From Octopus sinensis (taxonomy: Eukaryota): a stretch of 64,000 bases of DNA. The notes beneath the pieces are model-generated. The model was not told where the DNA came from. It saw only the letters and a program-made list of their open reading frames with translations, and searched no databases. Position 1 is the first letter of the stretch. Each line of letters starts with the position of its first letter. Location: the NCBI RefSeq assembly GCF_006345805.1, contig NC_043007.1, positions 8,928,001-8,992,000 on the forward strand. Direction: 5' to 3'. The position numbers and the translations under genes were made by a program. Below are positions 13,620 through 27,135 of this stretch, in pieces.

Positions 13620-14240
13620 ATATATATATAAGGATATTATTAATAATTGATAATATTATCAGTGGCTAGCATACGTAAAACCCATGAAATGAAATTTCTA
13701 ATCATAATAAAGGGTGTAAAAACAGTACCAGCAATACTAAAAAGAGGAGTCGAAACGACTCAAAACACAGTTTTCACTTGTACACACTGGGGAATTCGAG
13801 GGAACGAGCAAAATATAAAAAAATTACCGTTAACGAAAAATCTCGTAAATGAAATTTCAGACCTTTGAATTCTCACTTAGTTCATTATCTGGAAGTGTTG
13901 CTGCTCAGGGGCTAAACATACTCGTCTGAACCCATTTTTAATTTGACGGCAAATTTAAAAGATAATCGAAGTAAATTAAAAGTTATGAAAATATATAAGG
14001 ATATTACTATTAATAGTTGATAATAATATGAGTTAGCATGCCAAACACGTGACGAACTAAGTAATAATTCACAGGGTTCGAAATCACGTGATATGTGTAC
14101 ATCTGAAATTTCATTTACGATTCTTTTCGTTAATGATCAGTTTGGTCTTTATATTTCCTTCGTTCCCTTGATTTCAGCAGTGTACGGGGAAATCTATGGA
14201 TTTGAGTCGTTTTGACTCCTATTTTAGCATTGCTCGTAGT
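13620..14240. repeat. Old element with ~140-bp diverged inverted arms (13720-13862 and 14102-14240) and a direct repeat
   Basis: GGAGTCGAAACGACTCAAA...CGTAAATGAAATTTCAGA versus TCTGAAATTTCATTTACG...TTTGAGTCGTTTTGACTCC; ATATATAAGGATATTA repeated at ~13626 and ~13991. Confidence 0.55.
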
Positions 14241-14244
14241 ACCC

Positions 14245-14542
14245 TTGACAACTGGTGTTGGTGTGTTTACGTCAAGTTGACGATTTGGCAAAAGAAACCA
14301 ATAGAATAGGTACCAGGCTTTAAAAATCCTTAAATCCTACGGTCGATTTGTTCGACTGAAAAATTCCGTCAAGGCGGTGCACCAGTATGGTCGTAGTTAA
14401 ATAACTGAAACAAGTAAAAAACAAATGATAAATTATATATACATATATATATTATTTATGCATGCATAACTTTCCCAGGCTTATACCTTCGAGAAAAGAT
14501 TTCTAGGTGCAATCTTATAGCAATTCATGACTGTAATGGGTC

Positions 14543-14583
<41 letters not shown>

Positions 14584-14855
14584 GCACGCACAAGCGTATA
14601 TATATATATATTAAATTTACATAAAAACAAAAGAAGACGAGTGTATAAACAAAAAGCATATCTACGTATAGATATAAATATGTGTGTGTGTATATTTATA
14701 TAGGACGGGCTTCTTTCAGTTTGCGTCTACCAAATGCCCTCACAAGGCATTGGTTGGCGCCAGGCTATAGCAGAAGACACTCACACAGGGTGCCACGCAA
14801 TTAGACTTAACTCAGAACTATGTAGTTGGGGAGCAAGCTCCTTACCACACAGCCA
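14245..14855. mobile_element. SINE-A fragments: 3' half on + (14245-14425) and 5' half on - (14700-14855)
   Basis: Diagnostic GGTGTGTTTACGTC...ACTGAAACAAGTAAAA and GACGGGCTTCTTTCAGTTT...CTTACCACACAGCC. Confidence 0.7.
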
Positions 14856-15053
14856 TCACATATCTGCCAATATATCTGTCTGTATGAAAATGTATATATA
14901 CATATATGCGTATGTGTGTGTGCGTGTGTGAGTGTGGTGGGGTGTATGCGTGCATAATTTCGTAATATACATACCATTCACATACATACATCGTCACTAT
15001 AAAATATATTTGTATATACATACATATATATATATAGATTATATATATATATA

Positions 15054-15094
<41 letters not shown>

Positions 15095-15134
15095 GTATAT
15101 ATAAGTATATAATATATAATTTTAATATATTGTA

Positions 15135-15165
<31 letters not shown>

Positions 15166-15907
15166 GTCTATATATCTATATATGTATATTATATATAATA
15201 ATATTATATATATATATATATATGTAAGATTTGAGTAGCATAGCTCAAGTTTAAAGTACACTGCCGGAGTTATTGATGTTTACCAAACACCATTCAACAC
15301 CTCGTAAACTACTTAAATACTATCCGTCTAAATTCATGTAATTTCGAAATAGATGGAAAATAAACAACATAATCTGGCAATGTAGGTTTTCTGTTGCTGC
15401 TGTTTCATTATATACAGTTGTATTTTTCATTTCATTTATGATAGTGAAAAAGTATAGGTATTGCTATATTTACATATAATTATAAGTGTTGATGTAAATA
15501 ACTATACGCACACAGCCATAGATACATACATGTGTGTGTGTATAAACACCAGGCGTGTTACATGCATCATGTATGTGATAGTCAAAGTATTGCCTTCGTA
15601 GGATACTGGCTCACACGCGGGCACACAACACACATACATATACATGCGCACACTCCTGCAGATATAAATATAGATTAAATATAGATATATTTTAATAGGT
15701 GCGTGTGTGTGTATATGTGTGTATATATCTATGTTGTATGTGTGTGTGTGTGTCTATGTGTGTATGCTTCATGATAGACTTCGATGACTATGTAATTTCT
15801 GTTAATTGCATATGAATTACATATAAGAATGATATGAATATATAAAATGTATTTCGAATAGTTGATGGGCATAATTGTGAAATAGCATAAGTTCCAATAT
15901 ACATACA

Positions 15908-16008
<101 letters not shown>

Positions 16009-16036
16009 GTCTATCTTTCTATTTATCTGTCTATCA

Positions 16037-16102
<66 letters not shown>

Positions 16103-16639
16103 AATATATAATATATATATATATTATATATTCTATATATATATACATACACAATTACTGGAACTGTAAATTTTTTTTAAAACTTTGCAGAATTTTATCA
16201 TTTAAATATATATGAGCATGTCTAGGTATGCGACTATATGCATGAGAATACATACATAAAGCGTACAAATGTGCCCATACATACATACATACATAAATAC
16301 ATACATACATACATACATAAATACAAATATACCCTGTTGTTGATGTTGAAATTCTAATGGATCTTGGAGCCTTAGATCTAGGCTAGAAACCGGTTCTTTC
16401 TCTATTGGCAAGAAACCTTGAAGTAAATTGAATAATGACATACGTACATACATATTGGTATAGAGACACACACACACAAACACACACATATCAAACAACA
16501 TAAGCTTAAATTTGCTTAGCACATTAAGAGGGATGTTGGAAATAAATGTACGTATTTATCAATATTATTATTGTATACGCTTATAAATTGGCTTTGCAAG
16601 ATTCCTGATGTGAAATCCTAAAACAGCACGGAAAGGACC

Positions 16640-17235
16640 AGAAGTAAGATAAATAAGGCCAACACTAGGTATGACAACAAAAAATACCAGATTGTCATGT
16701 TCATTCATACTACCACTGGCGACGAACTAGTACACCTTTTTAGAAAAACATTAAGTAAACCTAACCTACGAATTAATGTACTGTAGAGGCCTGGTACCCC
16801 TTTAATATCCCTGGTCTGCAATACGCATCCCTTTGATAATTCCCCCTGTACGGAGTACAATTGTGTTGTATCTAGGATGAACCCACAGGTTAACTGTACG
16901 GTTAGGAATGTAGTGAATAGCTTACGATGCACTGAGGGATGTGCAGAAACAAGACAACCACTTACACAGGAAGACTGCACGCAGCATAATAGAACGTACA
17001 GGTGAGCATTAGCGAGAGCTCAAAGAAGAGAAAAGTTTGTCAGTGCTCTACCAACATGTTCAGACAGAACATGGGGGCTTGATTAATAGCATAGCGGTTA
17101 AAATATTATCAACACAGAACAGGCGCGACATTTAGACAGATTAGAGAAGCTACACATATAACAGTTGACAGACCGACCAACAATAGAAAGCATGAATGGA
17201 ACAATAGCACACTACGCTACACCAATACACATGAC
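16640..17235 (+). pseudogene. Penelope-like element GIY-YIG endonuclease remnant
   Basis: Frameshifted translation gives RNVV(N)SLRCTE (16904), ETRQPL, RLH.QHNR and RLEKLHI, the usual order of PLE motifs NVVY.I.C...YIGET.R.L..R..EH...E..HI; multiple stops. Confidence 0.65.
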
Positions 17236-17584
17236 TAAAGACAGTAGGGATGTGAAGGGGAGGGAATGTAAAAGCCAAAAGAAAACCGTAAATAATACAC
17301 AGAAACATGCACATACAAGGTAATACACGTACAGTTGATATATATGCACTTACCTATGATAAATATATAAATAGATAAATAAATAGATATACAAATATAT
17401 CTGTCACAAAGCCATAATAAATGTAAGACAGAGATAGATATATTGAATAAATAAAAGTATACAAACGGCAGGGATTCATACGAAGCGAATCCATACACAC
17501 ACATATGAAACTTCATGGGCGGCCATAACGATATCAACAACACAGCAAACACGGTCAGCAGCAGAGGTGGTACCAACTGTGGCA

Positions 17585-17671
17585 ATAACAACAACAACAA
17601 CTACTACTACTACTACTACTACACTACTACTACTACTACTATACTACTACTACTTACTACTACTACTACTA

Positions 17672-17709
<38 letters not shown>

Positions 17710-17764
17710 AAACTACTTCTACTACTACAACTACTACCACCACCACCACTACCACCACCTCACC

Positions 17765-17798
<34 letters not shown>

Positions 17799-17873
17799 AC
17801 TACTACTACTACTACAACTACTACCACCACCACCACTACTACTACTACCACCACCACCACTACTACTACTACC

Positions 17874-17926
<53 letters not shown>

Positions 17927-17940
17927 ACTACTACTACTAC
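17585..17940. repeat. (ACT)n/(ACC)n microsatellite
   Basis: Directly visible; similar tracts at 44165-44280, 57020-57150 and 59300-59570. Confidence 0.95.
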
Positions 17941-18494
17941 CAAGATGGCAACACTGTGTGCGAAGTGCGAACACATACACAGAGGAATACAGGAACTGTA
18001 CATTTTTTTATTGAGCCCTCGGACTGCAGCAGCATAATGGGGTGAGAGGATGGGGCTGCAAAAAACATACACACAAGTATACACACACACTCACACGAAC
18101 ACGTCACACACGCAAACAAGGACACAAACGCAAGCGCACATAAGGATACACACCTTAGAAAAACAGAATGGAGTTAGTGGAGCATGAACACATAGGAAAA
18201 CGAAAATTGTCACTGAAGAGGTCACAGATATGTGGACGAAAGATTTCCGGACAAAAGACATAAGTTAAAATAATAAAATAAGAACCGTTATAAACGAGTG
18301 AAGAAACAATATATATATATATATATAGTGCGTGTGTTTATTTGGCATGAAAAAAAAAAATAACCATCCCGAAATACAATAGTTATTTTATAAATATACG
18401 TATTTATACAATAATTTATAATTTTACGTATTTATACGTATTTATCAATATACATTTTTATGAATACTATTATTGTGTGCTCATACAAGCCTGT

Positions 18495-18700
18495 GAGCAG
18501 GCAGATTTGTTACCATCCAGGGCAAAATACTTACTGGTATTTAATCCGTGTTTGCATTCTGAGGTCAAGTTCCAGCGATGTCTACTTTGCTTTTTATCCT
18601 CTTTCGTGGTCGGTAAAATTGAGCATTTGTTGAGCACTTTGGTCAATGAAATCAACTTACCCATTTCTCCGAACTTGGTGACCTTTTTGCTAACATTTTA
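18495..18700 (+). mobile_element. SINE-B, heavily diverged
   Basis: GAGCAGGCAGATTTGTTA...TTCTGAGGTCAAGTTCC...CTTTGCTTTTTATCCTCTTTCGTGGTCG aligns with 35188. Confidence 0.55.
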
Positions 18701-19470
18701 AATCATTATTTTATGCTAATATATTCTCCAATCCAATAACAACTTGATTTTCTTAAATTCTATTTCATTATCAAAATTAATTGATACAATCAACGCATTT
18801 CATCAAACACCATAATGAATTACTTAAGAAATCCGAATAATTGATGTTTAAAAATCCTTTATTCCCTAAATGATTGTAAACGAACAAAACCCCGTCTCTT
18901 TGAAGTGAAGCGACTTTCTTACGCAATCTATCATTAAGCTTTTCCTAAGTTAGCATAAATGTTTATTTTAGCGATGAATATCTTCGGAACAACACTGACT
19001 TTATCTCGAGCAAAGCAAAGAGGCCAATACTTGGGGCCTCAGCTTGCTGTATGTAACAAACAAACTATACCCAACAGTCTCAGAAGTGAAAGGATAAGAG
19101 CGATATCGTAGATTCCAGTTATAATGTTCGTTACGTAAGCATATTATCATTATGGTTGAAATTTATTTAATCGTAGTTCTGCTCGATAAGAATTGAAGCA
19201 CAGCTTCGATTCTGATTCCCCTCCCATATCTTCATCTCTTTCAACCGCTTCTGCTCTTCATCCTGTTCTTCCTCCTGCTCCTACTCCTGTTCCTGCTCAT
19301 GCTCCTCTTGCTACTACTCCTTCTGGCCCTCCTCCTGCTTCTCCTCCTGATAATTCTTCTCCTTTTGCTGCTCTCCTCCTCTTGGTCCTCTTGACCCTCC
19401 ACCTCACTACTATCATCATTGTCGACGATAATTATAACTATAATGAAAACAGCATTTACCACATAGCCAT

Positions 19471-19790
19471 GGGGAGTGTCATTCTGGTTTAATGCCTTAA
19501 CGCACACACAGGTTCGTTTTCACTCATTTATTTATTTATGTTTCCTAAATTTTCGATTATTGAAGAGGTTGCATGAAGCAACAAAAATTTCAGAAAAGAT
19601 AAATAAGTTAATGAGTAGAAATCAAACCGTGTGTGTGTTAATTAATAAGGCATTAAAACAGAATGACTCTCCCCAGACACATAAAATATACTTCAACACA
19701 CAAATTCAAATAAAGAATCTTACAAACCAAATACAAAAACGAAATATGGATAAATATATTTTAATTAAAAATTGCGGAAAACACTTGCTA
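19471..19790. repeat. Internal-inverted-repeat element, copy 1 (homologous to ~43270-43570, opposite orientation)
   Basis: Arms GGGGAGTGTCATTCTGG...CACACAGGTT (19471-19514) and AACCGTGTGTG...AGAATGACTCTCCCC (19625-19674); central GGTTGCATGAAGCAAC hairpin. Confidence 0.65.
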
Positions 19791-19959
19791 CTCTAAAATT
19801 ATATTTCTCATTCACCATTTGTAAATTTATTGTTAAAATAGAGGTGTGTAATTTGTGAAGTATTTAGATAATATTTCAGGCTAGTCAAGCAAGCTACGTA
19901 AATGATCCTTTAACATTATTGGCTGAGTGATAATAATTTTGTTTGTCCATTACATTATT

Positions 19960-20320
19960 CCTGGTTCACCCCACAGCGGGACTCTTGGTTGTGTGTCTCC
20001 TATATAGCTCAGTGTTCGACGAAAGCCTTGCGAGTGGACTCAGTAAACAGAAGCTGAAAGAAACCCGTCTAATTCATGTGTTTGTGCGTGTGTGTGCGCG
20101 CGTTTGTGTGAGTGTGTTTATGTCATTGTGTCTGACTTTGTTCCCCACCACCGCTTGGTTTGTTCACGTACTCGCAGTATTGCGGTTCGGCAAGAGAGGA
20201 ATCGAATAATTATTTCTACGCAGCTTATTTAAATGGCTCGAGATGTCATCTAGATGCTTCCCAGCAAAGTAAGTATAGGACGACTGCAGTCTAATAGCCG
20301 AAACAAGTAAAAGATAAAAA
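19960..20320 (+). mobile_element. SINE-A, heavily diverged
   Basis: GTTCACCCCACAGCGGGACTCTTGG, AAGCCTTGCGAGTGGA, GCGGTTCGGCAAGAGA and GAAACAAGTAAAAGA motifs in order. Confidence 0.6.
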
Positions 20321-20331
20321 AAGGAAATAAA

Positions 20332-20850
20332 TTGGGTTGTCCGGAAAGTTCGTGCCGATTTTTAAAGGAAAGAAAAAGGTCAATAAATACTTCACTTTAA
20401 ATTTTTAATCAACCAAATATGAAGCATTTTGTTGCACAATGCGTCTCCATCTTTCCTTTAACTTGAAAATACCCTCCTCCCAGAATTGAGGTGGTTTCAA
20501 GGTATCTTTTTACGTCATCAAAGGAATTTAAATTTTACCATTCAGACTACTCCGCAGAGACCTGAATAAGTATCGAGGGTTGTGTAAAACATCCCAGCCG
20601 AACTGCAGCAATTTTTGTCTGGTTCACAAAGCATCAAGTGCCGAAAATGAACTTTCTTATCTTCCGTTTCAAAGGGTTACTGAATTAGCATAGGTTATAG
20701 GAACATAAACCTTCTTCCACGAAAAGATAGCTTTAACTGTTCTCTAAACGTTGATGTAGTCTAATCCTATTTTATGGACTCCACCATGTTCTAAAATAAG
20801 TCGAAATGTAAGCTACTATAAATCGGCACGAACTTTCCAGACAACTCAAT
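20332..20850 (-). mobile_element. Internally deleted mariner element with both TIRs
   Basis: Left TTGGGTTGTCCGGAAAGTTCGTGCCGATTT and right AAATCGGCACGAACTTTCCAGACAACTCAA followed by TA; minus strand retains WEEGIFKLKERWRRIVQQNASYLVD*. Confidence 0.9.
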
Positions 20851-21494
20851 AAAAGAATATTGACGTCAAATTGGTAGCGATTAGCGATATAAAACAACAA
20901 GAGATATCTTCCTCTTTTGAATCGAAACCTCGATTACAATTTCGGTTCACCAAAATTTTACCTTCTAACACAAATTGCCCCTGGACAATCTAAATCCAAA
21001 GTTTTTATATAAATGCTAATGTCAATATTATAGCGAATGCTATTATTTGTTGTTTTTTTCTTTCTTTTTATGGTTTATTCGTTCACATTACTTCACATTA
21101 GCCTCTTGCTTGTTGTCAATTTAGCTGTTGCGGCCATAGTGTGAAATTGTTTCAGATAGATAGAAAGAAGTGATCAGACAGGAGAACGTATCTATGTGTG
21201 TATGTGTTTGTGTGTTTGTGTGCATATGTGTGTGTACGAATGATAATGGCAGATATTGGTGCTTTACTCTATGATATCTGTGTGTGTGTCTGTGTGTGTG
21301 TGTGTGTGTGTGTGTATACATATATGCATACATACATTCATACGCACACACATACACATAAATGTATATGTATATATATATTCCTTCCTTATGGTCTACA
21401 CTTCCCCCGCCAAGCTTTTTCTTGGCCTTGATTTTTCTTCATTTTCTTCCGTCTTTCTTCTTAAATTTTTTCTTTATACAAACCATGACTTCGT

Positions 21495-21560
21495 TGTTGT
21501 TGTTGTTGTTGTTGTTGTTCTTCTTCTTCTTCTTCTTCTTCTTCTTCCTCATCATCATCA

Positions 21561-21595
<35 letters not shown>

Positions 21596-21606
21596 TTCTT
21601 CTCTCT

Positions 21607-21641
<35 letters not shown>

Positions 21642-21767
21642 TTGAAAACCAACACCATCACCCTTATCGTTGTTGTCGTCTTCCTCCTGTCCCCCTCCTC
21701 CTCCTCATCCTCATCACTATCGCCGCCGTCGTCGTCGTCGTCATCATCATCGTCGTCGTTGTCTTTA

Positions 21768-21832
<65 letters not shown>

Positions 21833-21834
21833 TA

Positions 21835-21910
<76 letters not shown>
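21495..21910. repeat. (GTT)(CTT)(GTC)(ATT) compound microsatellite
   Basis: Directly visible. Confidence 0.95.
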
Positions 21911-21912
<2 letters not shown>

Positions 21913-22569
21913 TATTATCATTATTGCTACTAATATCTTTATTATTTATCACCGACTATTGCTTATCACAGCAACGGATTTCACTCGCCTCTAGACACAA
22001 TACATACATACAAAAAAAATCCCTAACAAAAGGAAAGAACAACGACAAGAATGAAATTAAAGAAAAAAAAACAAAAAACAGGAAACAAAAGTGGACGTTG
22101 CGGTAACATTTTTGACTAATCCTTAGGCGACTTTCCAACGTTAGTTCGGAAGCCGATAACTTCACCGTTATCCGTTATCAACGTAAAAAAACAAAAAACA
22201 AAAACAAAAACAAAAGCAAAAAACAAAAAAAAAACAAATAAAAGAAACAAGAGAGGAATAAAACAGACCAAAAACGACAGCAACAACACCACTGAAAAAA
22301 CAACAAGTTTCGCAAACAAATTAACAAGTACGTAAGGAAGAAATAACAATAAACATCAACAACCACAACAACAACAACAACAACAACAACACGAGCAATG
22401 CAGTATCGAAGACGTCAAAAGGAAAAAAAAAAAATATATATATATATATAAATTAATAAATAAATAAAAGAGAGAACGAATGTAACCAAATTGATGTCAG
22501 CAAATAAAAGAGAAACTATAACGAAAAAAAACAACAAGGAAATAGTAATAATAATAATAATGATGATAA

Positions 22570-22606
<37 letters not shown>

Positions 22607-22699
22607 GATGATGATGATAATAATAATAAGCTGTAGCCACATCAATAAAAAAATTGTTAAATAATAAATAAAAAGACATAAAAAGAAAACCGCGATAAC

Positions 22700-22751
<52 letters not shown>

Positions 22752-22811
22752 TGTAGTCACATAAAAAAATTGTTAAATAAAAAAAATAATAAACAAAACC
22801 GCGATAACAAT

Positions 22812-22842
<31 letters not shown>

Positions 22843-23323
22843 GCAGCAGCAGGAACAATGATAATAATGGCGATGATGATCATCATGATCATGATAATGA
22901 TTATCATGACGATCCTGATGGTGGTAATGGTGATGATGACGCTGATGATAATGATGCTGAGGATGGTGATGACGATGGCGATGAGGTCGATGATAATTCT
23001 CATCCCTAATATCCTCGTCAACATAACTACATCATATAAAACATAAATAATAACAAAAAAATACATAAAATAAAAAAAGGCCAGATAGAATTATCTGAAA
23101 TTGTAATTGGCGATGGGGGAAGAATCTGAAAAAAAACCCTTCAAGCTATGAAATATAAAACAATATATAAAAATGAACAACAAGCAAAATGTCATGAAAT
23201 GTAAATAAAGCGGCCATTAAGTATATGCATACACGAACACAAACACACATACACAAACACTCACCCCCGCCATACACACACACACACACACACATATGTA
23301 TACACACAAGGGGTGCACACACA

Positions 23324-23355
<32 letters not shown>

Positions 23356-23384
23356 TATGTATACACACAAGGGGTGCACACACA

Positions 23385-23428
<44 letters not shown>

Positions 23429-23787
23429 TACAACCAGGCACGCGCAAACGTACCGAAATATCTTAGGAAATATATTTAAACTGGCAATTTTCGAAAGTTT
23501 TTTCAGTTGAATATATTCCTAATATCGGCGAGTTTTACTTGAAGTTCACATAAACGTAAGTATTTATATACATACCCTGGTACATTCTCAATTATAGAAA
23601 ATACTATTTGTTTTAAAAGCAACACCTGTTGAAGGACGGGTGAACTCCTTGTGGACCAACTGCCATCCAGCTGGGGAATGCAATGACAATGGCAAACTAT
23701 CGCAGTATCTTTGCCGAGAAAACGCTAAGCGAAATCAGAAAGACATAACGCTATGACTCCATCATTGCATTTTCCTTATACTTAGAC

Positions 23788-25038
23788 TATTCGAGGGGTT
23801 ATCGAAAAAGTCCCGGATTAGTTCTCAAGCGCGCCAACCGATGGCAGCATACAGCACAGAGAGAGCTAGAAGTGAGGTTTATGTGACAGTGTACAGGGTG
23901 ACATTGCTGCGTTTACTTTGCAAGTTGAGAGATATGTGTTTTTCCGATGACGTGTATGCTATAGCCTTCGATATTTTTCATGGACAGAAACGAAGAGCCA
24001 ACGTGAAATTTTGCTCTAAGCTTGGGGATACTGCTACAGAGATACTGGGCATGCTTCGGCAAGCTTACGGCGACGAGGCAATGGGAAGACGATGAGTGAT
24101 ATGGAAGACTGCCACGAGAGTCACCCTAGAATTGTGGTTTTGTGCATCGAGAATACATCCACCAGGGGCAGGCCGTCAATCGAAAGCTCCACCGCGACAT
24201 TTTGAAGCGTTTGAGGGACGATACTCTGCGAAAGTGACCGGATCTATGGAGTGTGAATAATTGGGTTCTTTATGACGACAAGGTACCCTGTCACCTAGCT
24301 CTCCTCGCTTGTGAGTTCCTCCCCAAAACTACATGGGATCGCTTCCGCATTCCCCCAATTCGCCAGATTTAGCACCTACGAACTTTTTACCAAGATGAAA
24401 AGCTGCTCAAATGTTAATTGCTGTTTTGATACCGTTGTCGAGATCTAGAGCGAATCGTAGAAGGTCCTTGGCTCGCTTACGGAAAATGAATTCCCGTCTG
24501 GATTTCAAAAGTGGAAGGAACGCTGGGATGGGTATATTGATGCGCAAAGTGACTATTTTGAAGGAGACGATAATAAAAATATGTGGAGGCGCAATGGCCC
24601 AGTGGTTAGGGCAGCGGACTCGCGGTCGTAGGATCGCGGTTTCGATTCCCAGACCGGGCATTGTGGGTGTTTATTGAGCGAAAACAACTAAAGCTTCACG
24701 AGGCTCCTGCAGGGGGTGGTGGTGAACCCTGCTGTACTCTTTCACTACAACTTTCTCTCACTCTTTCTTCCTGTTTCTGTTGTACCTGTATTTCAAAGGG
24801 CCAGCCTTGTCACAACCTGTGTCACGCTGAATCTCCTCGAGAACTACGTTAAGGGTACACGTGTCTGTGGAGTGCTCAGCCACTTGCACGTTAATTTCAC
24901 GAGCAAGCTGTTCCGTTGATCGTATCAGCTGGGACCCTCATCGTCGTAACCGACGGAGTGCTCCTTATTATTAATAAAAATATGTCGTTCTTTTTATTAA
25001 AGATAACTAGTCCGAGGAACGTTTGATAACACCCCGTA
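23788..25038 (+). mobile_element. Internally deleted mariner element (second family) with a nested SINE-C
   Basis: Left TIR CGAGGGGTTATCGAAAAAGTCCCGGATTAGTT and right AACTAGTCCGAGGAACGTTTGATAACACCCCGTA; remnants QKRRANVKFCSKLGDTATEILGMLRQAYGDEA, HSPNSPDLAP and FQKWKERWDGYIDAQSDYFEGD; frameshifts and stops. Confidence 0.85.
24585..24971 (+). mobile_element. SINE-C, full length, inserted in the mariner element
   Basis: 14-bp TSD TAATAAAAATATGT at 24571-24584 and 24972-24985. Confidence 0.92.
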
Positions 25039-25059
25039 TATACATATACTTTTCTAGTC

Positions 25060-25225
25060 TAGACACAAGGCCCGAACATTTTAGGGTGGGGGCCAGTCGA
25101 CTAGATCGACACCAATGCGCAACTTGTACTTAATTTATCGACCCCCGAAAAACAAAGTCGACTTCGGCGGAATTTGAACTCAGAACGTAAAGACAGACGA
25201 AATACCTCTAAGCATTTCTAAGCAT
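25060..25225 (-). mobile_element. SINE-B fragment (further minus-strand fragments at ~31990-32160 and ~48620-48800)
   Basis: AAAGTCGACTTCGGCGGAATTTGAACTCAGAACGTA is the reverse complement of the SINE-B B-box and central domain. Confidence 0.75.
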
Positions 25226-25325
25226 TTCCCCTGTATACACATAGACACAAACACAGACATGTACGCACAAATATACATACATACATATATACATACATGC
25301 ATACATACATGTGTGTATATATATA

Positions 25326-25357
<32 letters not shown>

Positions 25358-25358
25358 G

Positions 25359-25474
25359 GGTACCTAAAAGATACCACCATGCTAGAGATAACAGTTAAAA
25401 CTTGACTCTAAAACCGTGGTTTTAGAATCAAGTTTTGACTGCTATCTCGAGCATGGTGGTATCGTTTAGATACC
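25359..25474. mobile_element. 116-bp fold-back element (MITE-like)
   Basis: 57-bp arms with 6 differences around a 2-nt centre (GT at 25416-25417); abuts a (TA)n tract. Confidence 0.75.
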
Positions 25475-26147
25475 TTTAATTATAATTTAAATAATAATTT
25501 TATACCCATCGGTATTTTAAATAACGATCTTATCTTTATTTATATAAATTTTTAAATACATATATATATATATATATATGAGTGTGTGTGTGTGTGTGTG
25601 TGTAATGAATATCGAACACACATAGGCAAGTTATGAATTTCTCTCTTCGTTCTTGGGTAGGCTACACTTTTAGTAGGCGTAAGAGAATACATTCTCAGCA
25701 ATGCGCTTGATGTTGAGGCACTTAGCAGTCAGTAATAGACAAACGAGAAGACAATTCTTCTTATATTTAAGAAGTGGAATCAGCAATGTCTTTAAACAAA
25801 AATTGTGTATAAGGTGACATTCTACTAAGATTATTTCTGCAGCGAAAGGTCGTTCCACCTCCGAGTGTACATGGAACACGAAAGTTTTAAATATGATTGT
25901 AATAGCATGCCTTTCATTGGACACCCCTTTGAGGGGCTTCTGTTAATTTCATCTTTACTGAAAAATATCATTTGAGCGCCCTAAAATTACAGCACTCTTT
26001 GAATCACATTATTTTGATACAAGCCTGTATATTTTGTATCATACATTTATATTCGTCATTGTTTTCCATAACGTAGTCCTGTCTAACCAATAGCGACACA
26101 CAGTCATGTATGTATGTATGTGTCAATATATTTATCTATATGTGTGG

Positions 26148-26532
26148 TGGAAGCACTCCGTCGGTTACGACGACGAGGATTTCGGTTGATCCGAATCAAC
26201 GGAACAGCCTGCTCGTGAAATTAACGTGTAAGTGGCTGAGCACTCCACAGACACGAGTACCCTTAACGTAGTTCTCGGGGATATTCAGCGTGACACAGAG
26301 AGTGACAAGGCTGGCCCTTTGAAATACAGGTACAACAGAAACAGGAAGTAAGTGTGAGAGAAAGTTGTGGTGAAAGAGTACAGCAGGGATCACCACCATC
26401 CCCTGCCGGAGCTTCGTGGAGCTTTAGGTGTTTTCGCTCAATAAACACTCACAACGCCCGGTCTGGGAATCGAAACCGCGATCCTATGACCGCGAGTCCG
26501 CTGCCCTAACCACTGGGCCATTGCGCCTCCAC
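26148..26532 (-). mobile_element. SINE-C, full length
   Basis: Colinear with 1634-2016; probable TSD TTATCTATA on both sides. Confidence 0.9.
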
Positions 26533-26579
26533 TTATCTATAATGTATATACATGTATTCATACATACACATGCATACAC

Positions 26580-27020
26580 CGGGCGCAGGTGTGACTGCTT
26601 AGTAAAGAAATCTGCTTCCCAACCACAAGGTTCTGGGTTCAGTCATACCGCGAGACGCCTTGGGCTACTACTACTTCTACTGTAGCATCGAGCCGACCAA
26701 AGTCTTGTGTTTAGATCTGGAAACTGAAATAAGCCTGTCACACCCCTCACCACCACACAAACTAATACATATATATATATGTATGTATGTATATATATAT
26801 ATACGTTTGTATGTATGTATCTGTATGTCTTTGAGTCTTTGTTTGTCACCACCAACCTTTGACAACCGCTGTTGATGTGTTTACGTCTCAGTAACCTGAC
26901 AGTTCGGTAAACGATATCGATAAAAGTATCATGCTTATTCATTTCACTAAAATATTTCAAGATAGTGCCCCATCATGGCTACATGGCTACAGTCTAATGA
27001 CTGAAACAAGTAGAAGATAC
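26580..27020 (+). mobile_element. SINE-A, diverged
   Basis: GCTTCCCAACCAC, GGGTTCAGTC, GAGCCGACCAAAGTCTTG, GACAACCGCTGTTGATGTGTTTACGT and ATGACTGAAACAAGTA motifs in order. Confidence 0.7.
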
Positions 27021-27135
27021 GTATATTTATATCTTCACCGCACTTATCCATGTAACAGTATTATCTATTTGTGAAAGCACCTTGCCATTTCACCAATCTC
27101 TTCTCACTTATTACGCTGAATAATTTCCAAAACCT

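Noticed and set aside
13735-13770. GAGTC-GAAAC-GACTC stem-loop as hammerhead stem II
   Set aside because: Flanking core nucleotides do not match (CTAAAAAGA and AAAAC); it lies in the arm of an old inverted-repeat element.
24585-24665. tRNA-like sequences at SINE heads (also 42190-42263, 1940-2016, 51630-51708)
   Set aside because: A and B boxes are present, but there is no closed acceptor stem or terminator and the sequence continues into SINE bodies; not tRNA genes.
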